From Deltaproteobacteria bacterium (GTDB lineage: Bacteria; Desulfobacterota; BSN033; WVXP01): DNA of 64,000 nt. Below the pieces are notes generated by a model. It saw nothing but the letters and a program-made list of their open reading frames with translations. It had not been told where the DNA came from and searched no databases. Each line of letters opens with the position of its first letter. Position 1 is the stretch's first letter. The translations under genes were made by a program, and so were the position numbers. This document shows, in pieces, positions 56,702 to 64,000 of this stretch. The stretch is taken from the NCBI GenBank assembly GCA_019308905.1, contig JAFDHF010000003.1:10282-74281 (forward strand), in the 5' to 3' direction.

Positions 56702-58537
56702 ATGGACCTTTTTGAAAGAAATCTCAAGATTCTCAATCGGATCGACGGTAGTCTCGCCAGGAGAATGGAAAGAACCAGGGCTCTGCCCTCAGCCGAAGTC
56801 CTCGAGGCAAAAAACGGCAGCCTGACATTGAAGGTCGATGGTGCGGCCTTGCACAGCACGTACGATCCGGTGAGAGAGGCGATGGTCTCGGTGGAGAGAT
56901 TCCTGGAAAAGGAGCCCGGGCCGGGGCCGATCTTCGTTCTGGGCCTGGGGTTCGGATACCATGTGGAGAGGCTTCATAGGGCGGCTCCCTCCTCGCCTCT
57001 GATCCTTGTCGAGCCCACTCCGGGGATCTTTCGACTCGCCCTTGAAAAGATCGAGATGGAAGGAATCCTCGCGCCGTGCCGCCGTGTTTTCGTGGGAGAG
57101 GCCGTTGATGAGGTCTTTGCCAGAATCAATGAGAAATCCCTTCTCCGAGGCGGGTACCGGGTCTTCGTGCACCCCCCGTCCCTTAAGATGAGCCGGGCCT
57201 ATCTCGACCGGCTGCTTGCCGGGCTTGAGGCAAGGGAGATTCTGGCAGGACTGAGGCTCAACATACTGGTCGTGCCACCGGTCTACGGGGGATCCCTCCC
57301 TGTCGCCGACTACTGTGTCCGAGCCCTGAGGAGAATGGGCCACACGGTCACCACGGTTGATAACTCAAAATATCTCGGACTCTTCAAGGAGATCGAAGGG
57401 GTTACGACCAATCGGTTTCACCAGCGTCAGTTGCAGGGTTCTCTCACCCAGCACCTCTCGGAGATCGTGATGGCAAGATGCCTGAACCTGAAGCCGGACT
57501 TGATCCTCGCCCTGGCCCAGGCCCCACTGACTCCTGAGATTCTTGACAGGATGAAGAGGTTTGGGATGCTCACGGCATTCTGGTTCGTGGAGGATTTCAG
57601 GGAGCTTCCCTACTGGAGAGAGGTGGCGGCTGGATATGGTCATTTTTTTGCCATCCAACGTAGAGAGGCCTTTGAAGAATCGGGCGGACTCGACGGAGTG
57701 GATTTTCACTATCTGCCCCTGGCCTGTGACCCACGTGTTCACAGGCCAGTGATACTCAATGACAGGGAGAGAAAACGCTACGGTTCTGAGGTCTCCTTTG
57801 TAGGAGCCGGCTATTACAACCGGCGCGTGTTTTTTGAGGGGCTCCTTGATTTGGATTTCAAAATTTGGGGAACAGAATGGGATCTCCTATCTCCTTTGAG
57901 CCGTGCGGTCCAGGAAGGGGGCCGGAGGGTCACAGCCCGGGAAGCCGTAAAGATCTTCAACGGGTCAGCGATCAATGTCAATCTCCATTCTTCCACATAC
58001 CACAGGGGGGTCAACCCGGCAGGGGATTTTGTCAACCCCAGAACCTTTGAGATCGCATCGAGCAGGGGGTTTCAACTCGTCGACCGCCGGTCCGACCTGG
58101 GTGAGCTGTTCCAACCCGGCCGGGAGCTCGTCTGCTTCGAGACCATAGAGGATCTCCGAGACAAAATCGCCTACTATCTGTCCCACAGAGAGGAGAGGGA
58201 AGAGATTGCGGCAAATGGCCAGAGGAGGGCCCGAAGGGATCATACCTATCAGAAGAGGATGACAAGGATTCTGGAAGCGGTAGTGGAAGGGAACCTCTCC
58301 CGTTTCAGGGAACTAAAAAGGAGCATCCAGACACCGGAGCGGTTGATCGCCGAGGCAGGGCCCGAAACGGAGCTCGGGCGATTCTTGAGGCGTTTCAGGG
58401 ACAGGGACCGCCTGACCCTGGATACGATAACCTCCGAGATCCGCCGCGGCCGGGGGAGGCTCACCGAGCCTGAGGTTATCTTCCTTTTAATGGAGGAATT
58501 CTCCAAGCAGGGCAGGAAAAGTCTGGGAGAGCAATGA
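56702..58537 (+). CDS. Maf-like (DUF115) + CgeB-like (Glyco_trans_1_2) flagellin glycosyltransferase candidate
   Basis: N-terminus MDLFERNLKILNRIDGSLARRME...IFVLGLGFGYHVERL is DUF115/Maf-like. The C-terminal half (...FEIASSRGFQLVD...REEREEIAANGQRRARRDHTYQKRM) is CgeB-like. Confidence 0.65.
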   Translation: MDLFERNLKILNRIDGSLARRMERTRALPSAEVLEAKNGSLTLKVDGAALHSTYDPVREAMVSVERFLEKEPGPGPIFVLGLGFGYHVERLHRAAPSSPLILVEPTPGIFRLALEKIEMEGILAPCRRVFVGEAVDEVFARINEKSLLRGGYRVFVHPPSLKMSRAYLDRLLAGLEAREILAGLRLNILVVPPVYGGSLPVADYCVRALRRMGHTVTTVDNSKYLGLFKEIEGVTTNRFHQRQLQGSLTQHLSEIVMARCLNLKPDLILALAQAPLTPEILDRMKRFGMLTAFWFVEDFRELPYWREVAAGYGHFFAIQRREAFEESGGLDGVDFHYLPLACDPRVHRPVILNDRERKRYGSEVSFVGAGYYNRRVFFEGLLDLDFKIWGTEWDLLSPLSRAVQEGGRRVTAREAVKIFNGSAINVNLHSSTYHRGVNPAGDFVNPRTFEIASSRGFQLVDRRSDLGELFQPGRELVCFETIEDLRDKIAYYLSHREEREEIAANGQRRARRDHTYQKRMTRILEAVVEGNLSRFRELKRSIQTPERLIAEAGPETELGRFLRRFRDRDRLTLDTITSEIRRGRGRLTEPEVIFLLMEEFSKQGRKSLGEQ

Positions 58538-60279
58538 CGTTGAACCGTGGGGGAGGCAAGAAGATACTGATCATCAATCTGGCCCGCATGGGTGATCTCC
58601 TCCAGATGACGCCCTTCCTTAAAGGATTTTGCAGGGAACGGCCTGGCGTGAGAATCACCCTTCTGGTTCTCAAGGAATTCTACGACGTCTGTAAAGGTTT
58701 TCCCTGCGTCGAAAGCGTGGAGACCTTCGATGGGGACGGCTACATTTCACGTCTGGAAGACCCGGGTTGTTCTCTTGTCGAAAACTTCAAGACGATCCAA
58801 GATCTGGTGGAGGACCTGAGAAACAGAGGGTTCGACACGGTCATCAATCTGACCTTTTCGAGACTTTCCGCTCTGCTCACCTACCTGCTCATGGTCGAGG
58901 ACGTGCGAGGAATAACGATCGACGACCATGGAAACCGCCTGGTGAAAAACCCCTGGATCAACCACTTCTACAACATGGTCACCAAACGGGAGATAAACCT
59001 CTTCAACTATGTGGATTTCATCAGGAAGGCCGGCGGATCGGATTCACCCTCTTCCATGCATGTGGACATCTCAGAGGCCGATCAGAGGTTCGCGGGAGCC
59101 TTCTACGCTCGCCGGAGCGTCTCGGATGAAGATTTTGTGGTGGGCTTTCAGCCAGGAGCCAGCAAGGAGAGCAGGAGGTGGCCCACCAGGTCCTTCGGAG
59201 ATCTGGGAGGAGCCCTGATCGAGGATGGAGCCAAGATCCTTCTCTTTGGGACTGCCGCGGAAAAAGAACTCGGGGAAGGGATCGGCCGATGCCTTTGCTG
59301 TGCCCAGGACCGTAGGGAGGGGCATCTGTTCGACATGACGGGGAAGACCTCTGTGGGACAGCTCGCTGCCCTGATCAAGAGGTGCGACCTCCTGGTTACG
59401 GGTGATACCGGCACCATGCACGTAGCCACGGCCGTGGGCACTCGAGTGGTGGCCCTCTTTTTTGGGCCCGCCTTCTATCCTGAGACCGGTCCTTACGGAG
59501 AGGACCACCTTGTCATACAGACCGATCTGCCCTGTGCACCCTGCGGTCACGACGTGCGGTGCAAGAATCCCCGGTGCCGGGAATCGATCAAGGTTTCCCA
59601 TGTCTTACAGGTGATTAGAATGATACGGGAGGGTTTTCCGGAGAGAGAGGTACAGGTCAAAGACGGCCCCGAGTGGGCGGGGATCAGCCTCTACCGGGGA
59701 GTTTTCGACGAGGAGGGGATGCTCGAGTTTCGTCCGGTGATCCGGAGGCCCCTCGCACCCATGGACCTCATCCGCCAGGTCTACCGGGAGATGTGGAAGA
59801 TCGTGCTGGACGGACGGCCCGGCAAGATCGATCCCGCCAGGGTAGGCGAGAAGGTGAAGAGCCTCTTTGCCCTGGACGGAGTCCGATTGAATCTGGATAG
59901 GGAATCGGAAATCTTCGAGAGAGTCGCCGGGCTCGCCCGTGAGGGGAGCGAGATTTCCCGAAAGCTGGTCCGATGGGCCGGAGACGTGCGAGAGCACCTC
60001 GCCTCGATAAAGAAGGCGGGAGATGTGATCCACCGCATCGACGAAGAGATCGAACTCCAGGGAATGGCCCACCCCGCATGCCATCCTCTGACCTACATGT
60101 TTCGCCAGGGCAAGGAGAACCTCGAAGAAGGGGACCTGGGCCTTTTGTCGAGAAAGACACTCGGGCTCTATGCGACCCTCCTTCGCGAGGCTGTCCTGAT
60201 GAGGTCCGGTCTGCAGGAGACCCTGGCCTGTCTCAAAGGGCCTCCACTGGGGAGAGAGACAGGAGATGGCTCTTTTTGA
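58534..60279 (+). CDS. GT9-like glycosyltransferase with C-terminal extension (paralog of 55009-56685)
   Basis: KILIINLARMGDLLQMTPFLKGF and GDTGTMHVATAVGTRVVALF. Collinear with the upstream GT9-like gene. Confidence 0.7.
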   Translation: MTLNRGGGKKILIINLARMGDLLQMTPFLKGFCRERPGVRITLLVLKEFYDVCKGFPCVESVETFDGDGYISRLEDPGCSLVENFKTIQDLVEDLRNRGFDTVINLTFSRLSALLTYLLMVEDVRGITIDDHGNRLVKNPWINHFYNMVTKREINLFNYVDFIRKAGGSDSPSSMHVDISEADQRFAGAFYARRSVSDEDFVVGFQPGASKESRRWPTRSFGDLGGALIEDGAKILLFGTAAEKELGEGIGRCLCCAQDRREGHLFDMTGKTSVGQLAALIKRCDLLVTGDTGTMHVATAVGTRVVALFFGPAFYPETGPYGEDHLVIQTDLPCAPCGHDVRCKNPRCRESIKVSHVLQVIRMIREGFPEREVQVKDGPEWAGISLYRGVFDEEGMLEFRPVIRRPLAPMDLIRQVYREMWKIVLDGRPGKIDPARVGEKVKSLFALDGVRLNLDRESEIFERVAGLAREGSEISRKLVRWAGDVREHLASIKKAGDVIHRIDEEIELQGMAHPACHPLTYMFRQGKENLEEGDLGLLSRKTLGLYATLLREAVLMRSGLQETLACLKGPPLGRETGDGSF

Positions 60280-62035
60280 GAGGAACCGGGAGGCCCTGGC
60301 AAGGACCTTTCCCAAACTGGCCGAGAGGATCGACAGGGCCCCCGATAAGAGCGGGTCTATCGATGTCTTCCCCTCCCGTCGAGGGCCGATGACCTGTAAG
60401 GCCTTGGGCTCCGACGGCCGATGGTTGACCCTCCATAGCACGGTGGATCCAGACAGGGAAGCAGTGCTCACCCTCAACAGGGTCAAGGATCTGGACAGAG
60501 GGATCGTGGTCGTACTGGGGATGGGCCTGGGGTACCCGCTTCTGGCCCTGGCAAGACGGCTGGGGAAGGGCCGGAAGGTCGTTTTCGTGGTGGAGAGAGA
60601 CCCGCTGCTGTTCCGGCTCTCCATGCAGCTGTTCGACTGGACGGGGCTCCTGGCGAGGAGAGACCTCCATCTCCTGATCGGGGATGAAGTCGACGAGATC
60701 CTCGGGACGGTCACAAGAGTCCGTATGAGATCCGGGTTTCAGGATCTGGTGGTCATTCCTCACAGGCCTTCGATCCGGAGAGATCCGGGCTTCTACGGCC
60801 CCCTGTTGGACCAGTTGCGCCTTATCGAAGCCTCGCCGCTCAGGTCCAGGCTGGACTACAGGCACCTGAGACGAGATCAGCTGACGGTTCTGGTGCTGGA
60901 TTCGCATTACTTTCTCGTCAGAGAGTGCATAAAGGCGCTCAGGAAACTAGGGCACAGGGTCCTGAGGGTTCCCCTGTCCGAGACTGGACTCGTAGGGTCG
61001 ATCCTCGGCCGGGTCGTAAGGGAGAGACCGGACTTCCTCCTCTCGGTGAATCACCTGGGCTTTGACGAAGATGGAAAACTGACCGACCTTCTCGGAGCAC
61101 TCAGGCTGCCCTACGCGGTCTGGTATGTCGACAGTCCGACCTTCATAATAAAGGACTTCAGGAGAAACATCTCCTCGTACTGTGCCCTCTTTGTCTGGGA
61201 CCGGTCGTATTTGGAACGGATGAGACAGTTTGGATTCGACCACGCCTGCTACCTCCCCCTGGCCACGGATCCTTCGGTCTTCAGGCCGATAGTGCCGAGT
61301 GCCGTGCCCGCCCGCTTCCGGGGGGCGGTCAGTTTTGTGGGCAACTCGATGAAGGAAGCCGTTGATGAGTGGTCCAGGCGGTTTCCCCATAGCGAGCGGA
61401 CAGAGGCCGTTTCACGCCTGGCTGTCGCGTTCCAGATCAGCCACCCCCATGTATCAATGGAAACGATTCTCGAGACCGTCGGCAGGGAGCAGGGCCTGCG
61501 GGTTGAGTTTGAAGATCCGGTCCACTATCTGAACTTCCAGGCCTCACTGGTATGGCGGGCCACCCTGGAGTTCCGAAAGAGGCTTGTGGAGAGCCTGGAA
61601 ACCCTGGGCATTCGGATCTTCGGAGACAGAGGGTGGCGTCAGATTCTGGACGGGAAGGTGAAAATATCCCCCCCCGTGAGTTACTACAGAGATCTACCCC
61701 TGGTTTTCAACGGTACGGAGGTGAATATCAATGCCACGAGCTTTCAGATGAATTCCGCTGTAAACCAGCGGGTCTTTGACGCGGCCTCTTGCGGAGCATT
61801 TCTCGTAACCGACTATCGACCGGATATGGACATCCTGTTCGACCGGAAACGGGAAGCGGTCTGTTACGGAGATCCGGCCGAGGCCAGGGACCAGGTGGCA
61901 TACTATTTGAAGCACGAGGGGGAAAGGATGAAGATCGCCGAAAGGGCGAGACAGAGGATCCTGGAAGAACATACCTACTGTCATCGGATTCGGGAGTTGA
62001 TAGACGTCATGAGGGAGAAGTTCGGATCTTTCTGA
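60266..62035 (+). CDS. Maf-like (DUF115) + CgeB-like glycosyltransferase candidate (paralog of 56702-58537)
   Basis: MALFERNREALARTFPKLAERID...VVVLGMGLGYPLLALARRL, and C-terminal VFDAASCGAFLVTDYRPDM...EEHTYCHRIRELI. Confidence 0.65.
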   Translation: MALFERNREALARTFPKLAERIDRAPDKSGSIDVFPSRRGPMTCKALGSDGRWLTLHSTVDPDREAVLTLNRVKDLDRGIVVVLGMGLGYPLLALARRLGKGRKVVFVVERDPLLFRLSMQLFDWTGLLARRDLHLLIGDEVDEILGTVTRVRMRSGFQDLVVIPHRPSIRRDPGFYGPLLDQLRLIEASPLRSRLDYRHLRRDQLTVLVLDSHYFLVRECIKALRKLGHRVLRVPLSETGLVGSILGRVVRERPDFLLSVNHLGFDEDGKLTDLLGALRLPYAVWYVDSPTFIIKDFRRNISSYCALFVWDRSYLERMRQFGFDHACYLPLATDPSVFRPIVPSAVPARFRGAVSFVGNSMKEAVDEWSRRFPHSERTEAVSRLAVAFQISHPHVSMETILETVGREQGLRVEFEDPVHYLNFQASLVWRATLEFRKRLVESLETLGIRIFGDRGWRQILDGKVKISPPVSYYRDLPLVFNGTEVNINATSFQMNSAVNQRVFDAASCGAFLVTDYRPDMDILFDRKREAVCYGDPAEARDQVAYYLKHEGERMKIAERARQRILEEHTYCHRIRELIDVMREKFGSF

Positions 62036-62057
62036 CCAATTCACGGGAGGAGAAAGG

Positions 62058-62714
62058 ATGCGAGTCTGTGTAGACGATCTCGAAGAAAAGATGGAGTTCC
62101 CCCCCGGGTTTTCCCTCGGGGAAATAATCAATCAGCTCTGTACCGAGAAGATCTCTCAGGACAGGGTAATCACCCGGGTTCGAGTCAACGGAGAGGAACT
62201 CGCTGAGGATGAGAGCGGCCTTTTTCCGGATGTTCCGGGCGGTGAAATAGATTCGTTGGAACTCGAAACAGAACACTCCTTTGAAACAGGGTACCGGGGA
62301 ATCGTGGATGCAAAGGAGTATCTGAAGAAACTCACCTCCGGAATTCAAGAAACGGCCGAACTCTTCCGGACGGGAGAAGAGAAGAGGGCTCACAATCGGT
62401 ATGCTCTCTGCATGGAAGGAATCAACTGGTTCATCCAAATCCTGGAAGGGGCGAGGCAGGTGATGGGCCTCGACTACGGTACGATGGTCTTCAACCGGGT
62501 TTCGGTAGACTCCTATATCGAAAACCTCCAGCATATCATCGGCGAAATGTTGTCAGCCCAATCCGATGAAGACTGGGTGATGCTGTCCGACCTTCTCGAG
62601 TATGAACTGCTGCCGACTCTGGAAGGATGGAAGGGGATCGTTCCCCTCATAGAGGAAGCGGCCAGAAAGCGGTGGGAAGAGGCAAAAGGCGGTGAAGCGA
62701 CCAGAGGGGGGTAA
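62058..62714 (+). CDS. Hypothetical protein
   Basis: 218-aa ORF following the island. No recognisable motif. GGAGG RBS upstream. Confidence 0.4.
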   Translation: MRVCVDDLEEKMEFPPGFSLGEIINQLCTEKISQDRVITRVRVNGEELAEDESGLFPDVPGGEIDSLELETEHSFETGYRGIVDAKEYLKKLTSGIQETAELFRTGEEKRAHNRYALCMEGINWFIQILEGARQVMGLDYGTMVFNRVSVDSYIENLQHIIGEMLSAQSDEDWVMLSDLLEYELLPTLEGWKGIVPLIEEAARKRWEEAKGGEATRGG

Positions 62715-63132
62715 GGGCAGAGGCCCTGAAACGAGACTTCTCCAGCTTCTCGCTCTTGCCAAGGAGCTTTGCGGTCTAACAGAGCGCCAGAGGGACGCGA
62801 TCCGATCAGGAGACTGGGAGCGCCTCAATGCGATTCTTGATCAAAAGGACCGATTGATCCATGCCTTCCAGGAGATGGAGGCGTCCGTGAAAGACGGGGA
62901 GGCGCCCGAGCAAACGGATACCTCCCCTGCGAGTGCCGAAAGCCTGCTGGCAGCCATCAAATCGAAGCTGACCGACACCCAATCCATTGAGGAGGAGTGC
63001 GAGCGCTTGCTGGTGGAAGAGAAAAACCGGACTGCCGTGACCCTCGGACAGATCAGGAGGCTCCACGACGGGATCAGGAGATTTGTGTCGCGGAGGCCTG
63101 GATCCGCAAGGTTTGTCGACCTTCGAAAATAG
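62692..63132 (+). CDS. Hypothetical coiled-coil protein (possibly FlgN/FliT-like chaperone)
   Basis: Helical, Leu/Glu-rich (LLQLLALAKELCGLTERQRDAIRSGDWERLNAILDQKDRLIHAFQEME). Assignment is tentative. Confidence 0.3.
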   Translation: MKRPEGGKGRGPETRLLQLLALAKELCGLTERQRDAIRSGDWERLNAILDQKDRLIHAFQEMEASVKDGEAPEQTDTSPASAESLLAAIKSKLTDTQSIEEECERLLVEEKNRTAVTLGQIRRLHDGIRRFVSRRPGSARFVDLRK

Positions 63133-63210
63133 ACAACCCCTTAAGTTTGGCGGGCCGACTGCCGATTAGGTTGGATAGGGAAGGAAAATCGATGGAGGGG
63201 GAGACAGGGC

Positions 63211-63444
63211 ATGGCCATCGCCGGGTTTCAGATTCAGAGCATCATCCGGACCTACCACAGAAACATTCGGCGGATGGAGAGAAGGACAGGGAACCGTGCG
63301 GAACAATCCCCGGGCCGCGATCTGGTGGAAATCTCGGTTGAGGGGAGAAAGAAACAGATCTGCAAGAAGGCGGCAGATCAAGTCATTCAAAGGCTCACTC
63401 GCGCTGCAGATCCAGGAGCCTCCCTTCCGAAGGAAAGCCGGTGA
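63211..63444 (+). CDS. Hypothetical small protein (77 aa)
   Basis: ORF between the hypothetical coiled-coil gene and the response regulator. Coding status uncertain. Confidence 0.3.
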   Translation: MAIAGFQIQSIIRTYHRNIRRMERRTGNRAEQSPGRDLVEISVEGRKKQICKKAADQVIQRLTRAADPGASLPKESR

Positions 63445-64000
63445 ATTCCCACAGAGACTCCTTGAGTATCCTCCTGGTAGATGACTATATCCCTTCAAGA
63501 AACGTGCTTCAGGAATTCCTCGAAGGGGATAGTTTCTCTATCGTCACCGCCGAAAACGGGCTCGAAGCGATTCACGCCATCGGAGAGAACCGGTTCGACC
63601 TTGTCATCACCGATCTCAAGATGCCCGGGCCTAACGGCATCGAGGTGTTGAAGAGAGCCAGGCAGGCGAATCCGGATGTGCAAGTCATCATCATTACCGG
63701 ATACGCATCCCTTGAAACCGCTATTGAGGCCGTCAAGGAGGGCGCTTACGACTATATTACCAGACCTTTCAAGCTCGACGAGATGAGAGTCGTGGTGGAG
63801 AACGCCTGCGAGAAGATCCGTCTCATCAAGGAAAACCAGAGACTGATCCGGAACCTCGAGGAGGTCTACCGGAAGATGAGGGATTTTCAGAAAGGGGGAG
63901 CGAAAGTCTCCAGAGCCGAGGAGATGGCCTCACGGGAACAGATGGAGGCCCTGGCTTCGTTTCTGGATTTCAGTTCGGTTGCGGGGGCGCGTCTTCCCCT
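63441..64000 (+). CDS. Response regulator, CheY-like receiver domain (3' end outside window)
   Basis: Not in the ORF track because there is no stop before the window end. Translation ILLVDDYIPSRNVLQEFLEGDSFSIVTAENGLEAIHAIGENRFDLVITDLKMPGPNGIEVLKRARQANPDVQVIIITGYASLETAIEAVKEGAYDYITRPF is a textbook receiver domain (DD, D, T, K positions). GTG start overlaps the upstream stop. Confidence 0.75.
   Translation, partial: MNSHRDSLSILLVDDYIPSRNVLQEFLEGDSFSIVTAENGLEAIHAIGENRFDLVITDLKMPGPNGIEVLKRARQANPDVQVIIITGYASLETAIEAVKEGAYDYITRPFKLDEMRVVVENACEKIRLIKENQRLIRNLEEVYRKMRDFQKGGAKVSRAEEMASREQMEALASFLDFSSVAGARLP

Noticed and set aside
1-64000. tRNA, rRNA, CRISPR arrays
   Set aside because: No cloverleaf-like tRNA candidates, rDNA-like conserved stretches or regularly spaced direct repeats were seen. 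The only repeats are the degenerate leader motifs at 18.8-20.1 kb.

Overview
All genes except one IS remnant are on the + strand, and the DNA is high-GC (roughly 60%, by eye). The window splits into a conserved late-flagellar block and a large accessory island.

- **Flagellar block (1-10.0 kb):** flgI (5'-truncated) - flgJ-like - flgM - flgN - flgK - flgL - csrA - fliW - fliC - flaG - fliD - fliS. Recognisable sigma-28 promoters sit ahead of flgM and fliC. The fliC leader also carries a CsrA-type GGA hairpin.
- **Accessory island (10.1-62 kb):** about 40 co-directional genes starting straight after fliS. I read it as a flagellin glycosylation/modification island. Contents:
  - a nonulosonic-acid-type sugar pathway (GmhA-like SIS isomerase, a KdsC-phosphatase::NeuB-synthase fusion, a NeuA-like CMP-transferase);
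  - two tandem GT9-like + Maf(DUF115)/CgeB-like transferase modules;
  - at least nine further glycosyltransferases (GT4, GT2, ArnC-like, GT-C-like membrane proteins);
  - six radical SAM enzymes (two B12-binding, three SPASM);
  - SAM methyltransferases, a sulfotransferase, an AsnB-type amidotransferase, a FemAB-like acyltransferase, a CE4 deacetylase and FAD oxidoreductases.
- **Candidate regulation of the island:** a NusG-paralog antiterminator preceded by a perfect sigma-54 -24/-12 promoter, and a wHTH regulator. Repeated leader motifs lie between them.
- **Other:** a degenerate IS5/ISNCY-type transposase remnant with an AT-rich junction interrupts the island at about 44.3-45.6 kb. The window ends with three small hypothetical ORFs and a 3'-truncated response-regulator receiver gene.

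No rRNA, tRNA or CRISPR array was seen. All calls rest on reading the translations and motifs by eye; no database search was run.
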